Assembly (NCBI GenBank): GCA_043751595.1 | Contig: JAYUZR010000035.1 | Coordinates: forward strand, 2,534 to 66,533 | DNA length: 64,000 nucleotides | Source: Candidatus Berkelbacteria bacterium | Lineage (GTDB): Bacteria > Patescibacteriota > UBA1384 > CAILIB01 | Direction of reading: 5' to 3' | In this document: positions 27,294-37,056 of the stretch, in pieces | How the letters are laid out: each line of letters starts with the position of its first letter | How positions within the stretch are numbered: position 1 is the stretch's first letter | Notes under the pieces: generated by a model | What the model saw: the letters and a program-made list of their open reading frames with translations, nothing else | Databases searched by the model: none | What the model was told of the DNA's origin: nothing | Translations under genes and position numbers: made by a program

Positions 27294-27753
27294 ATGTACG
27301 CAGTATACGGCCGATTGCTCCGGGAGAGAAACCCCTCCGAAGCAAGGCGCCTTCTGCCCGCCTCCAGGCAACTTCGTGCGGGAGTGAGCTATAGCGAGCA
27401 GTAATCTGCTCAGCCGCAAGAATAAGCCGCTGCTCATCGCTTTCGGATTCTCCTAGGGCTTCACTTGCAACCGGTGCAGCAATCCCCTTTTTACGAAGCT
27501 CCAAGGTAACCACTCGGCGGGATTTTGCCTTATTACGCAAGCCGCTCGCTACCACCGTAGCCACTTGTTTGTCGTCCAAAAGTTTTACCTGCTGCAACTT
27601 TTCCATAGTCTGGTTAATAAGATCACTGGAAGCACCCCTTCTGGCTAGGCGACTACGCATCTCGTATTCGCTAAACTGCCGCATAGCAAGCAGCCGCACA
27701 CAGTAGGTGTATGCGGCTGCGAGTTCTGCAATGGGCTTACTTGGTTGCCTCAT
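27253..27753 (-). CDS. recX: regulatory protein RecX
   Basis: [34 protein letters not shown]; directly downstream of recA. Confidence 0.88.
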   Translation of the reverse strand: MRQPSKPIAELAAAYTYCVRLLAMRQFSEYEMRSRLARRGASSDLINQTMEKLQQVKLLDDKQVATVVASGLRNKAKSRRVVTLELRKKGIAAPVASEALGESESDEQRLILAAEQITARYSSLPHEVAWRRAEGALLRRGFSPGAIGRILRTYGFQPYRQVGLSD

Positions 27754-28825
27754 CTACTACTGGAACTGGGAGGGGCTCTTCTTCGGTTTCTTCTACCTCG
27801 GCCTTGGCTGAACCAGGCTTAATACCCACTTTGGCCCGAATAGCTTTTTCGATGGTATCGGAAAGGGCAGGATGCGCCTTAAGGTATTCTCGAGCACCCT
27901 CTTTACCTTGACCAAGTTTTTCTTCGCCGAGGTAATACCAGGCACCAGACTTGCGGACGATATCCATAGAGACACCGGTCTCGATAAGATCGCCTTCGCG
28001 CGAGATACCTTCTCCGTAAATAAGATCGAAAAGAGCAGTACGGAAAGGTGGAGCAATCTTGTTCTTTACCACCTTTACGCCGGTAACTACGCCAACCACG
28101 GTATCCCCTTCTTTAATTTGCTCTTTGCGGCGGATTTCGAGGCGAAGCGATGCGTAGAACTTGAGAGCGTTTCCACCGCTGGTAGTCTCTGGGTTACCAA
28201 ACATAACACCGATCTTCATACGGATTTGGTTGATGAAGATGACGGTAGTTTTGGATTTAGAGATGGCACCAGTAAGCTTGCGCAAAGCTTGTGACATAAG
28301 GCGAGCCTGTACACCAACCATAGCGTCTCCCATTTCTCCTTCGATTTCTGCACGGGGAACCAAGGCGGCGACGGAATCGATTACGATAATATCGACAGCA
28401 TTAGAGCGCACCAAGGTTTCGCAGATTTCCAGTGCTTGCTCTCCGGTATCTGGCTGAGAAACAAGAAGATCTTGCAGCTGAACACCGAGGGTTTTAGCGT
28501 ACTCGGGATCGAACGCGTGCTCAGCATCAATGAATGCGGCGAGACCACCGGTGCGCTGAACGGCGCCAAGGATGTAACTGGAGAGACTGGTCTTACCAGA
28601 TGACTCTGGCCCGTAGATTTCGATGATGCGACCGCGAGGAATACCGCCACCAAGAGCGACATCGAGTGAGGCGATACCAGTGGGGATGATTTCTACATTG
28701 GCGATGGCGTTGCCGGCGCCCATTGTCATGATGGCGCCCTTGCCAAATTGTTTCTCGATAGAAGCAATAGCGATATCGAGGGCTTGTTTTTTACCGGCTG
28801 CGGGATCTGTGTGTGCTGCTGCCAT
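27737..28825 (-). CDS. recA: recombinase RecA
   Basis: [35 protein letters not shown]. Confidence 0.99.
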   Translation of the reverse strand: MAAAHTDPAAGKKQALDIAIASIEKQFGKGAIMTMGAGNAIANVEIIPTGIASLDVALGGGIPRGRIIEIYGPESSGKTSLSSYILGAVQRTGGLAAFIDAEHAFDPEYAKTLGVQLQDLLVSQPDTGEQALEICETLVRSNAVDIIVIDSVAALVPRAEIEGEMGDAMVGVQARLMSQALRKLTGAISKSKTTVIFINQIRMKIGVMFGNPETTSGGNALKFYASLRLEIRRKEQIKEGDTVVGVVTGVKVVKNKIAPPFRTALFDLIYGEGISREGDLIETGVSMDIVRKSGAWYYLGEEKLGQGKEGAREYLKAHPALSDTIEKAIRAKVGIKPGSAKAEVEETEEEPLPVPVVDEATK

Positions 28826-28967
28826 AAGAGTAATTAAGGAGTGACGGACTGGCTTCCACAAGTAGTGTAGCCTAGCCCAAGAAACCGAACAACCCCCGCA
28901 CATCGATCTTGCCAATCTATTCAAGAATCACTAGTATTTGCATAGATTTGCTGGTAGACCATCGGTC

Positions 28968-30116
28968 ATGCATCCTTCTTCAAAAAAACTCGCCCTCTCC
29001 CTGGTCTCTCTTGTGGGTACCCTAGCTATTACGGTGCCTCATCCTGCTTTTGCCGTTTCACTCCTCGATCAAGATTTTTTGCCCTTTAGTTCTCGCTGGC
29101 AGGCTCCCCTTATTACTACCCGAACAAAAACAAGTGCATCCGCTGGAATTACCAGAGAAGAAAGCTTCAGCGATAAGCTGCGCGCCGATGCCGCTAATGC
29201 CGCTGCTAATCGAGAATCTGAAACTAGCTTTGCCGCCCGCTTGCGCGAACAAGCCTCCCAAATGGCAACCGCCCGTGCCACTCCAACCCCTGCGGCTACG
29301 GTAAAGCCAACGAGCACCCCAAGACCTACCAGCACACCAGTTGCCACCGCCACTCCACGTCCAAGCGCCACTCCAACCCCGGGTGGAACTACACAGTGTG
29401 TCACCGATTTCGTCGCTCAAGCCGAAGGTAATCAGTTTGTAACCACAAGTGATCGTCTTTTTAGGCAGCAGGCTCCCTGGAATACGCCAAAAGACGCTGG
29501 ATCCCGCCTTCGCACTGCGCTTGATGCACAGCGATTTGGTACTGGTGGTAAAATTCGCGATATCTACACTAGTGGAGGTGATCAGCGCACAATGCAAGCC
29601 GATCTTGAAGAATACTTTGCCAATCTCATTCCAGGCCTCGAACAGCAGCTAGCTGGCCAGGCTAATGATCAGGCGACTAGGCTAGCTGGTCAGATTGACC
29701 AAACACTTGCCTTTTACCCCACCGAGCAAGCCAACTCAGTTGGTAGCGTAAACGCAACTCGCACCTCCTACAGTTGGAGTGATTCTGGAACCTATGCCCG
29801 CTCGTTTAATCTGCAAAAAAGAGGTTCACTCGGGCTTAATTTTGTCACTATCGCTCGAGCTGATATCAGAATTACCGCCAAGAGCACGGTGTCCCATAAC
29901 GGCATCTCGTACCAGGCCAATTACAACAATTGCAACGGCAAGAATACCGCCTCGTTCAATTACAATTCTTCAGTGGTAGTGCGCCCAGAGATTATCGTTG
30001 AATACTCGATTGAGCCACGCGGCGACAGTACACGGTACCTTTCCGGAAGCTTTACCGTGGTAGATCCTCAGATTGCCAGCGCAAACGAGCAGGTTACCGG
30101 CGGAGCACAGCGCTAA
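28968..30116 (+). CDS. secreted hypothetical protein with Pro/Thr-rich linker
   Basis: Signal peptide ending PAFA; TPTPAATVKPTSTPRPTSTP tract; terminator follows. Confidence 0.7.
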   Translation: MHPSSKKLALSLVSLVGTLAITVPHPAFAVSLLDQDFLPFSSRWQAPLITTRTKTSASAGITREESFSDKLRADAANAAANRESETSFAARLREQASQMATARATPTPAATVKPTSTPRPTSTPVATATPRPSATPTPGGTTQCVTDFVAQAEGNQFVTTSDRLFRQQAPWNTPKDAGSRLRTALDAQRFGTGGKIRDIYTSGGDQRTMQADLEEYFANLIPGLEQQLAGQANDQATRLAGQIDQTLAFYPTEQANSVGSVNATRTSYSWSDSGTYARSFNLQKRGSLGLNFVTIARADIRITAKSTVSHNGISYQANYNNCNGKNTASFNYNSSVVVRPEIIVEYSIEPRGDSTRYLSGSFTVVDPQIASANEQVTGGAQR

Positions 30117-30134
30117 GCCTGATTAGAAGGCAAC

Positions 30135-30162
30135 AAAAGACCGCCTCGTTGGGCGGTTTTTT
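30135..30162. terminator. bidirectional intrinsic terminator
   Basis: AAAAGACCGCC...GGCGGTTTTTT. Confidence 0.75.
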
Positions 30163-30181
30163 AGTAGCTTACTTCTAGTGA

Positions 30182-30889
30182 TTAAGGAACTCGTACGGCA
30201 AATGTTTCGTTATTCTTGCGGCCATTGGGTGCAGTAACCGATACCACCACAGCATTAATTCCGGGGTATAAGGAAGGGGAAGCCTCAAAGGCACCGTCTT
30301 CTTTAACCTGAACCGCTGCTCCATTTACTACTACATGTGAACCTGGAACAGTTGAACCTTTAAAGGCAAAAGATTCCCCTGCGGCCACCGCAAGCAACTC
30401 TCCTTGCTCTCCGCGCTGTTGATTGGCAAACTCTAAATTGAGAGCAGGGACGGAAGAAAAGGCTGATACCTGGGAAGCCACCGTAAAGGCAGCGCCCACC
30501 AAGGTGCAGCACACTAAAATAGCGGCTGCCATACTCGGGGTAACTAGCAATCGCTGAATCCTAATCGAGTTTTTCGGTGAAAAAGAAACCTGAGAGCCCT
30601 TACTTGAGAAATCGTAGGTGGAGCGGGCTTTATCGTACTGACACATAAGCTCGTCCACCGGCAACTCCAAAAAGAGGGCGTATTGCTCAAGGTAGCCGCG
30701 GCCGTACACCGCCGAAGGCAATTCAGACCAAGCATCGGCCTCTAGTGCGGTAAGAAAACGGCCACGAATATGGGTAGATTCTTCTACTTCGGCAATCGTA
30801 AGTTTCTTGCGGATGCGAGCACGCTTAAGCTTGTCCCCTATAGACATATCAGCTGAACGCACTTTACGTACTCTAAATCCTGCTGCCAC
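30182..30889 (-). CDS. RodZ-like HTH membrane protein with Ig-like C-terminus
   Basis: IGDKLKRAR, FLTALE, LPSAVYGRGYL..YA.FLEL; TM helix; downstream of ftsK. Confidence 0.8.
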   Translation of the reverse strand: MAAGFRVRKVRSADMSIGDKLKRARIRKKLTIAEVEESTHIRGRFLTALEADAWSELPSAVYGRGYLEQYALFLELPVDELMCQYDKARSTYDFSSKGSQVSFSPKNSIRIQRLLVTPSMAAAILVCCTLVGAAFTVASQVSAFSSVPALNLEFANQQRGEQGELLAVAAGESFAFKGSTVPGSHVVVNGAAVQVKEDGAFEASPSLYPGINAVVVSVTAPNGRKNNETFAVRVP

Positions 30890-30899
30890 GCTCTATATA

Positions 30900-33053
30900 T
30901 TACTCATCTTCACCATAGTCGACAACGTCATCTCCATGCGCTGAGCCGCCATACACCTCACGAGGCTTAGAACCCTTTGCAGGACCCACTAATCCCCTGT
31001 CTTCCATAATTTGAATCAAGCGAGCGGCGCGGGCATACCCTACACTTAGGCGAGTCTGCAGCATGGTGGTAGAAGCCTTCCCAGCCTGACGAACCACTTC
31101 GTAGGCCTCACCAAAGAGCTCATCATCAATCTCTCCCCCATCACGGCTACTACCTAGGCGAGATTCAACTCGCGTCTCTAATACTGAGGAATCGTAGCGA
31201 TCACCTGCCTCTTGCTGCTTAATATGAGCAACCACCGCGGTAATTTCTTTCTCTGAACACCAGACACCCTGCACGCGCTTAGGCTTGCCCGTATCGGTGC
31301 CGATATACAGCATATCTCCTTGCCCAAGTAACTTCTCTGCGCCGGCCATATCCAGAATAGTACGTGAATCAATCTGACTCGCTACCGCAAAGGCAATACG
31401 AGTTGGGATATTTGCCTTAATAAGGCCGGTGATTACATCAACCGAAGGACGCTGAGTAGCAAGAATAAGGTGAATACCGGTAGCACGGGCTTTTTGTGCA
31501 ATGCGGACAATCAAGTTTTCCACTTCTTTTCCAGCCACCATCATCATGTCTGCCAACTCGTCGATTACCACTACGATAAACGGTAACTTTCCTTCACCAA
31601 GATCTGGCTCTTGATTGTATTGTTCAATATTACGCTTGCCGAGTGAGCCAAAGAGCTTGTAGCGGCGCTCCATCTCTTTTACACACCAACTAAGGGCAGC
31701 AACCGTTTCTTTAGGATCAGTAATAACCGGCGTAAGGAGGTGAGGAAGGCCATTATAGCCGACCAATTCTACATGCTTAGGATCCACCAAAATTAGGCGG
31801 CACTCGTCTGGCGAGTTGTTCATCAACAGGGCCAGAATAATCGAGTTAATCGCCACCGATTTACCAGAACCGGTCGCACCGGCGATAAGCGCATGCGGCA
31901 TGCGAGCAATATCAATAATTGATGGCTCACCATCTGCCCCACGACCAAGTACGATACCTAGTTGCGTACGCGTCTGACGGAAGGTTTTAGATTCTAAGAT
32001 ATCGCGCAGGCCAACCACCGCCTTTTTCTCGTTTGGAATCTCTACCCCAACCAAGCCCTTACCAGGGATAGGCGCCTCTACACGAAGCGATTGTGCGGCT
32101 AAGGCCAAGGCAAGATCATCCTGGCGAGCGGTAATTTGATTAAGCTTGACTCCTTCGGCGGGCTTTAGGGTGTACTGAGTAACGGTTGGACCCACATTTA
32201 CCTCCGCCATACTTACCTCAATACTGAAATCTCGAAGTGTTTTCTGGATAGTCTCCATCTTTTTCTGGATATTGCCCGCCTGTGGCTTCATATCAACTTT
32301 TTCAAGCAAGGCTGTAGAAGGATAATTCCAGTTTGAATTACGCAGTGGAACCCGAACCGCATCTACCTGAGGCTTCTGACGAGCAGCTTCTGTCGGTTCA
32401 GGTTGATTACTCATCTTACCCCTTAGCTTAGCCAGCGGACTTACCTTAATTTCTCCAAGTACGCGTACGCGACTACTCAACTGTTCATCCTCCTCATCGT
32501 CCTCCCTATCTTCTTTACCTTCAGAAACTTCACCACCGTTTAAGAATGGGATAAGGGCACGATTAGCAACCAGAAGCAGTGAACAAAGGAAGAGTACTAC
32601 CAAGAGCATCTTACCTGGAACCTCTCCAATTGCCTGAGTAATAGTAGAGGCCAGAGTAAAGCCAAGGTATCCGCCGCCATTACCTGCCACAGCTGCAGCC
32701 TCGGCTTGATCACCCAAAAATGAATGCACTACCGCCGCTAACGTAACCAGTGCAAGTACTAATCCAAGCAGACTTGTACTACCAATAGAGAGCCTTTCGG
32801 GTAGGCGCTTGCGCAACACCATCCAAATAAGCACAACAGCAACCACTGGTGTAAAAATACCGATGGACTGCCTGAAGAAGATAAAGAGCCCGTGACCAAG
32901 ACTACCAGCTGCGTCAAAAACAGCAGCCAGCAAAAAGAAGATGACTAGATACCCAAGGAGCCTAGTAATTTGAGATAAAGCACCGCGATTTACACCCTGC
33001 TTACGTACGCGGGCACCGCTAGAGGCCCCTCCGGAGCGTTTTTTCTTAGCCAT
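30900..33053 (-). CDS. ftsK: DNA translocase FtsK/SpoIIIE
   Basis: TM domain, GATGSGKS, IDELADMM, ATQRPSVDV, gamma domain GYARAARLI. Confidence 0.97.
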   Translation of the reverse strand: MAKKKRSGGASSGARVRKQGVNRGALSQITRLLGYLVIFFLLAAVFDAAGSLGHGLFIFFRQSIGIFTPVVAVVLIWMVLRKRLPERLSIGSTSLLGLVLALVTLAAVVHSFLGDQAEAAAVAGNGGGYLGFTLASTITQAIGEVPGKMLLVVLFLCSLLLVANRALIPFLNGGEVSEGKEDREDDEEDEQLSSRVRVLGEIKVSPLAKLRGKMSNQPEPTEAARQKPQVDAVRVPLRNSNWNYPSTALLEKVDMKPQAGNIQKKMETIQKTLRDFSIEVSMAEVNVGPTVTQYTLKPAEGVKLNQITARQDDLALALAAQSLRVEAPIPGKGLVGVEIPNEKKAVVGLRDILESKTFRQTRTQLGIVLGRGADGEPSIIDIARMPHALIAGATGSGKSVAINSIILALLMNNSPDECRLILVDPKHVELVGYNGLPHLLTPVITDPKETVAALSWCVKEMERRYKLFGSLGKRNIEQYNQEPDLGEGKLPFIVVVIDELADMMMVAGKEVENLIVRIAQKARATGIHLILATQRPSVDVITGLIKANIPTRIAFAVASQIDSRTILDMAGAEKLLGQGDMLYIGTDTGKPKRVQGVWCSEKEITAVVAHIKQQEAGDRYDSSVLETRVESRLGSSRDGGEIDDELFGEAYEVVRQAGKASTTMLQTRLSVGYARAARLIQIMEDRGLVGPAKGSKPREVYGGSAHGDDVVDYGEDE

Positions 33054-33136
33054 AGAAAAGGAAAACAATTGATACTAATATACGATATCACAGGCACTAC
33101 CCTGGCTGATAGCAATCTTTCTGCTACCATGCGGCA

Positions 33137-34240
33137 ATGTCACTCTCTATTGGAATCGTCGGCCTACCCAACGTCGGCAAATCAACCCTATTTAATGCAC
33201 TGGTAAAAAATGCTCAGGCTGCGGCCAGCAATTACCCGTTCTGCACCATCGAACCTAATGTAGGTATTGTTCCCGTACCCGATCCTCGCCTCGAGAAGCT
33301 AGCGAGTATTGTTACAACCGAGCAAATTATCCCTGCCACGGTCGAGTTTGTGGATATTGCCGGCATTATCCGTGGCGCGTCCAAGGGAGAGGGTTTAGGA
33401 AATCAGTTCCTGGCCACTATTCGGGAGTGCAGTGCTCTGATTATGCTGAGTCGCTTTTTTGAAGGTGATGTTATTCATGTTTCTGGCAAAGTTGATCCGG
33501 TTGATGATTTAGAAACCGTACAACTTGAGCTCGCCCTGGCCGATCTTCAAACCGTAGAAAAAGCCCTTGATCGGTATCGTCGTGCAGCGCGTGGAGCAGG
33601 AGTCGAGGCCGCCGAGCTAGTTACCGTTACTGAAACACTCTACGCCACACTAGAGAAGGGAATCCCAGTTCGCACCCTCAACCTTACTTCCGATGCAGCC
33701 AAGATTGTTCTTCGAGAACTTCAACTCCTTACTGCAAAGCCGATTATTATCGTGGCTAACGTAGCCGAAGACTCAATTACCACCTCTGCCGAAAGCCTCT
33801 TTGTTGAATATAGGCTCGATCGCTTTGTTTCCAGTAGCGATTTTGTTCTGCCCTTATGTGCACAGGTAGAAGCTGAACTCGCCCAGGTGGAGGGTGCCGA
33901 CCAGCTAGACCTTCTTGGCGCCTACGGCATGCAAGAACCTGGCCTGAACCGTCTTATTCGTGGCGCCTACGCACTCTTAGGGCTCCAGACATACTTTACC
34001 TGTGGACCAAAAGAAATCCGCGCTTGGACGATCCAGCGTGGTTTAAACGCACAACTTGCAGCAGGGGTGATTCATACCGATTTTATCAAGCACTTTATTC
34101 GGGCTGAAACGATTGCCTACAACGATTATGTCAGCCTTGGTGGGGAGCAGGGAGCAAAAGAGGGCGGTAAGCTTCGTCTAGAAGGAAAAGAATACATCGT
34201 CCAGGATGGGGATGTACTCCATTTTAGAGTTTCGGTTTAA
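33137..34240 (+). CDS. ychF: redox-regulated ATPase YchF
   Basis: GIVGLPNVGKSTLFN, NYPFCTIEPN, GEGLGNQFL, EGKEYIVQDGD. Confidence 0.97.
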   Translation: MSLSIGIVGLPNVGKSTLFNALVKNAQAAASNYPFCTIEPNVGIVPVPDPRLEKLASIVTTEQIIPATVEFVDIAGIIRGASKGEGLGNQFLATIRECSALIMLSRFFEGDVIHVSGKVDPVDDLETVQLELALADLQTVEKALDRYRRAARGAGVEAAELVTVTETLYATLEKGIPVRTLNLTSDAAKIVLRELQLLTAKPIIIVANVAEDSITTSAESLFVEYRLDRFVSSSDFVLPLCAQVEAELAQVEGADQLDLLGAYGMQEPGLNRLIRGAYALLGLQTYFTCGPKEIRAWTIQRGLNAQLAAGVIHTDFIKHFIRAETIAYNDYVSLGGEQGAKEGGKLRLEGKEYIVQDGDVLHFRVSV

Positions 34241-34260
34241 GGGCGTCACGCCTGGAGATT

Positions 34261-34291
34261 AAAAAAAGAAGCCCTAACCGGGCTTCTTTTT
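34261..34291. terminator. bidirectional intrinsic terminator
   Basis: AAAAAAAGAAGCCC-TAACC-GGGCTTCTTTTT. Confidence 0.8.
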
Positions 34292-34314
34292 ATAAAAGAT
34301 CTAATCAGACCTCA

Positions 34315-34512
34315 TTAGGCCATGATACCAGCTACACCAAGGGTAGAAAGGTGACCAGCAGTTACCGCAAGCATTAGCGCAAGACTCAAGGTTACAGACT
34401 CGAAAGCGGTAAGGTTTTCGAAATCGATATGCTTGGTACTAATGAGCGTAATAGGACGCTTCATTACGTGTACTTGTGCAGCAGCCTCGGTAGTTGAAGA
34501 AGTATTCTTCAT
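34315..34512 (-). CDS. small hypothetical membrane protein
   Basis: AAAGGGA SD-like element, C-terminal hydrophobic helix, terminator follows. Confidence 0.5.
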   Translation of the reverse strand: MKNTSSTTEAAAQVHVMKRPITLISTKHIDFENLTAFESVTLSLALMLAVTAGHLSTLGVAGIMA

Positions 34513-34597
34513 ATAAATCCCTTTCAGTTCTAAGCGATATTATTTTTATATTTGTTTTGCTTGAACGAGACAATTATACGTGCCCGCTCTATTTATT

Positions 34598-34834
34598 TCA
34601 AGTACCAAGAAGCTTATCGGCCAGCTTAAGATTCATGAGGAAGCTAGTTTGTGCCTCTAGGAAGTAGATTCCTACGAGAATTATCCCAAGAATAGCTAAG
34701 ATGAGAAGAACCCCTGCCACTTCTTTTGAGACCGAGGTAGGGTGGAGAACGATCTCTACCTTCTTAGCACTGCGTACAGTGGAAGGGATGTGAGAACCAG
34801 AAAGTGCAGAAAGTTTTCGGGAGGGCGCTTGCAT
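34598..34834 (-). CDS. small hypothetical membrane protein
   Basis: One strong TM helix; TAGTGT 6 nt before ATG. Confidence 0.55.
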   Translation of the reverse strand: MQAPSRKLSALSGSHIPSTVRSAKKVEIVLHPTSVSKEVAGVLLILAILGIILVGIYFLEAQTSFLMNLKLADKLLGT

Positions 34835-34945
34835 GCTGTTACACTAGCCAAAGCCCCTTCTTAGCACAAGTGAGGCAAATGCCCATTTACAGATTCACTA
34901 AACTTCGCTACTTTACGAATCGCAGCTGTACCACAGTTTGCATGT

Positions 34946-35020
34946 GCGGGTATCGTATAATGGTCATTATGCCACCTTGCCAAGGTGGAGAAACGGGTTC
35001 GATTCCCGTTACCCGCTCCA
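34946..35020 (+). tRNA. tRNA-Gly (GCC)
   Basis: GCGGGTA...TACCCGC-TCCA, loop TTGCCAA. Confidence 0.95.
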
Positions 35021-35042
35021 TTTGTTTTTAAGCCGGCTACCC

Positions 35043-35117
<75 letters not shown>

Positions 35118-35131
35118 CCTAGTACACTTTT

Positions 35132-35353
35132 ATGCTTCCACTCCAAATCGTACACGCCATTATTGCCCTTCTCCTTGCTGGTAGTATTTTGCTGCAGCAG
35201 CGCTCAAGTGGTCTTGGTGATGCCTTCGGAGGAGACACATCTGTGTATACCAGCCGCCGCGGAGCAGAGCGCATTCTGTTCTATCTTACCATTGTGTTTG
35301 GGGTTTCATTCGTTCTCCTTTCACTTCTCCAATTGTTCCTTGCCAAGCGCTAG
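35132..35353 (+). CDS. secG: preprotein translocase subunit SecG
   Basis: ILLQQRSSGLGDAFGG...RRGAERILF, two TM helices. Confidence 0.93.
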   Translation: MLPLQIVHAIIALLLAGSILLQQRSSGLGDAFGGDTSVYTSRRGAERILFYLTIVFGVSFVLLSLLQLFLAKR

Positions 35354-35359
35354 ATTCAC

Positions 35360-35445
35360 GCCGGGATGGTGAAATGGTAGACACGCTAGATTCAGGTTCT
35401 AGTGATCGCAAGATCGTGGAGGTTCGAGTCCTCTTCCCGGCACCA
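35360..35445 (+). tRNA. tRNA-Leu (CAG)
   Basis: Long variable arm, loop TTCAGGT, CCA end. Confidence 0.95.
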
Positions 35446-35532
35446 TTTTCTTTGCGGAGAAAGCAGTCGAAAAGGAAACAACATTCCTTAAGCAACTTTG
35501 TTGCTGCTCCAATGCTTTCTCCGCAAAGAAAA
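35446..35532. repeat. 20-bp perfect inverted repeat in the tRNA-Leu/tRNA-Phe spacer
   Basis: TTTTCTTTGCGGAGAAAGCA ... TGCTTTCTCCGCAAAGAAAA. Confidence 0.8.
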
Positions 35533-35555
35533 TAGGCTAAATGCAAGGAAAACAA

Positions 35556-35630
35556 GCCGGGGTAGCTCAGTGGTAGAGCAGGGGCCTGAAGAGCCTCGTG
35601 TCGACAGTTCGATTCTGTCCCTCGGCACCA
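35556..35630 (+). tRNA. tRNA-Phe (GAA)
   Basis: GCCGGGG...CCTCGGC-ACCA, loop CTGAAGA. Confidence 0.95.
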
Positions 35631-35686
35631 TTTTCTTCTGGGAAAAGTTTTGGTATAGTCCGAGCCAGATTCGTTAAGAATCGTTC

Positions 35687-35762
35687 GGGCTCTTAGCTCA
35701 GTTGGTAGAGCGCTTCGTTTACACCGAAGATGTCAGAGGTTCGAGTCCTCTAGGGCCCACCA
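35687..35762 (+). tRNA. tRNA-Val (TAC)
   Basis: GGGCTCT...AGGGCCC-ACCA, loop TTTACAC. Confidence 0.95.
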
Positions 35763-35799
35763 TTATAAAAAGCTTCCGCAAGGAGGCTTTTTATAATGG
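35760..35799 (+). terminator. terminator after tRNA-Val
   Basis: CCATTATAAAAAGCTTCC-GCAA-GGAGGCTTTTTATAATGG. Confidence 0.8.
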
Positions 35800-35812
35800 T
35801 CTGCTTTTAGCT

Positions 35813-35911
35813 GGATGAGAACCGTAGGTTCGCTCTGCTCAATTCCACTTGAGCGCTTTGGCGCGAAGAGCAGCTAAGGCAACAACGATATTGTTGCCGC
35901 CGTCCTCTAGG
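35813..35911 (+). repeat. tRNA-downstream conserved element, copy B
   Basis: Matches 24709-24767 (minus strand); ends in GTCCTCTAGG, identical to tRNA-Val 35745-35754. Confidence 0.7.
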
Positions 35912-36018
35912 ACAACTGATCGGAGTGTTAGGCAACTACCCTGTAATCGCCTCGTCCACCCTTTACTGCACTCCTCCTTGCTATAGACTACATGTAACTC
36001 GTTGGCCGAATAATCGTC

Positions 36019-36690
36019 ATGAAATCAATTCCCAGAAAGTCATTATTTTTATACATAGCCTGTGTAGTAATTCTACTCACAGCTGGTGGGTATGCTTTTT
36101 TCAGCTCTAATAAAAAGACAAATAATCCAATAATAGAATTAGTGAAGCCTGCGGCCCAATTAACAACACAAACTACCAGCTCCGCACCCCCTACAACCAC
36201 ACCGCAACCTGTAAAGCCTGAGGTTATTTCAACCGCCGCTCCAGCGAACCACATGCTAACAATGAAGGAATATTCTAATGCTAATCTTGGATTTGCCATT
36301 TCGTATTCCGACTTCTTCCTTGCAGAGTTAAATAGGGACGCTTCATCAGTAACCACCACCCTTTCCTTGACGAATCCGGATGGTACACAGAATGGCTCAG
36401 CCCTAATTGAAGTCTCTCCCACTGAAATGAATCTTGACCAATACATTTCTGATCTTACCAGCAGTAAACTAATCAGCGATCAACATAAGACCACCATTGC
36501 CGGCATCCCAGCTTACGAGGGGGTCTCGAATGGCTTAGTCTCTCGGTACGGCCTGTTTTTTATTGCTAATGAAAAAGCTTACCGACTCACCTTTTATACG
36601 GGCAACGACTTCGATACCGTTGAAAAGATGAAATCAAACCTATCGGGAAGTCAGAAGGAAGTTATCGCCACATTCGCGCTAATAAAGTAA
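36019..36690 (+). CDS. membrane-anchored extracellular protein (PsbP-like fold possible)
   Basis: N-terminal TM, P/T linker, YSNANLGFAISY and TTIAGIPAY. Confidence 0.6.
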   Translation: MKSIPRKSLFLYIACVVILLTAGGYAFFSSNKKTNNPIIELVKPAAQLTTQTTSSAPPTTTPQPVKPEVISTAAPANHMLTMKEYSNANLGFAISYSDFFLAELNRDASSVTTTLSLTNPDGTQNGSALIEVSPTEMNLDQYISDLTSSKLISDQHKTTIAGIPAYEGVSNGLVSRYGLFFIANEKAYRLTFYTGNDFDTVEKMKSNLSGSQKEVIATFALIK

Positions 36691-36747
36691 CCAGCCGGAT
36701 CACCTCTAGATTTGTCCCCGCCTCCCTTCTCACAGTACAATACAGGC

Positions 36748-37056
36748 GTGAAGACATCTCTCTATTTTTGGTTTGTCACTATGACAAGCTGGTTCTGGCA
36801 CAGAGCCGGCGATTCAATAGGTGCCTTCGATTCCACCCTTGCCCTCGGTCCTACGCTTCGAAACATCACCAAGCCGCTCTTTCAAGACTTTACCCTACAA
36901 GGAAGAATGGTTGGGTTGCTTTTACGAATCTGTCGTATTTTATTGGCCCTTCTTTTGTACAGCGTTATCAGCATCTTTTGGCTCATTCTCTACACGGCTT
37001 GGATTGGCATTCCAATTATTGCCACTTTCGCATTGGTTAGCGTCTTCCGATCATGA
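36748..37056 (+). CDS. hypothetical membrane protein coupled to the Clp ATPase gene
   Basis: LRNITKPLFQDFT..GRMVG..LR followed by TM helices; stop overlaps the next ATG. Confidence 0.65.
   Translation: MKTSLYFWFVTMTSWFWHRAGDSIGAFDSTLALGPTLRNITKPLFQDFTLQGRMVGLLLRICRILLALLLYSVISIFWLILYTAWIGIPIIATFALVSVFRS

Noticed and set aside
29271-29380. Tandem DNA repeat in the secreted protein gene
   Set aside because: Ordinary Pro/Thr linker with degenerate codons; no exact repeat unit
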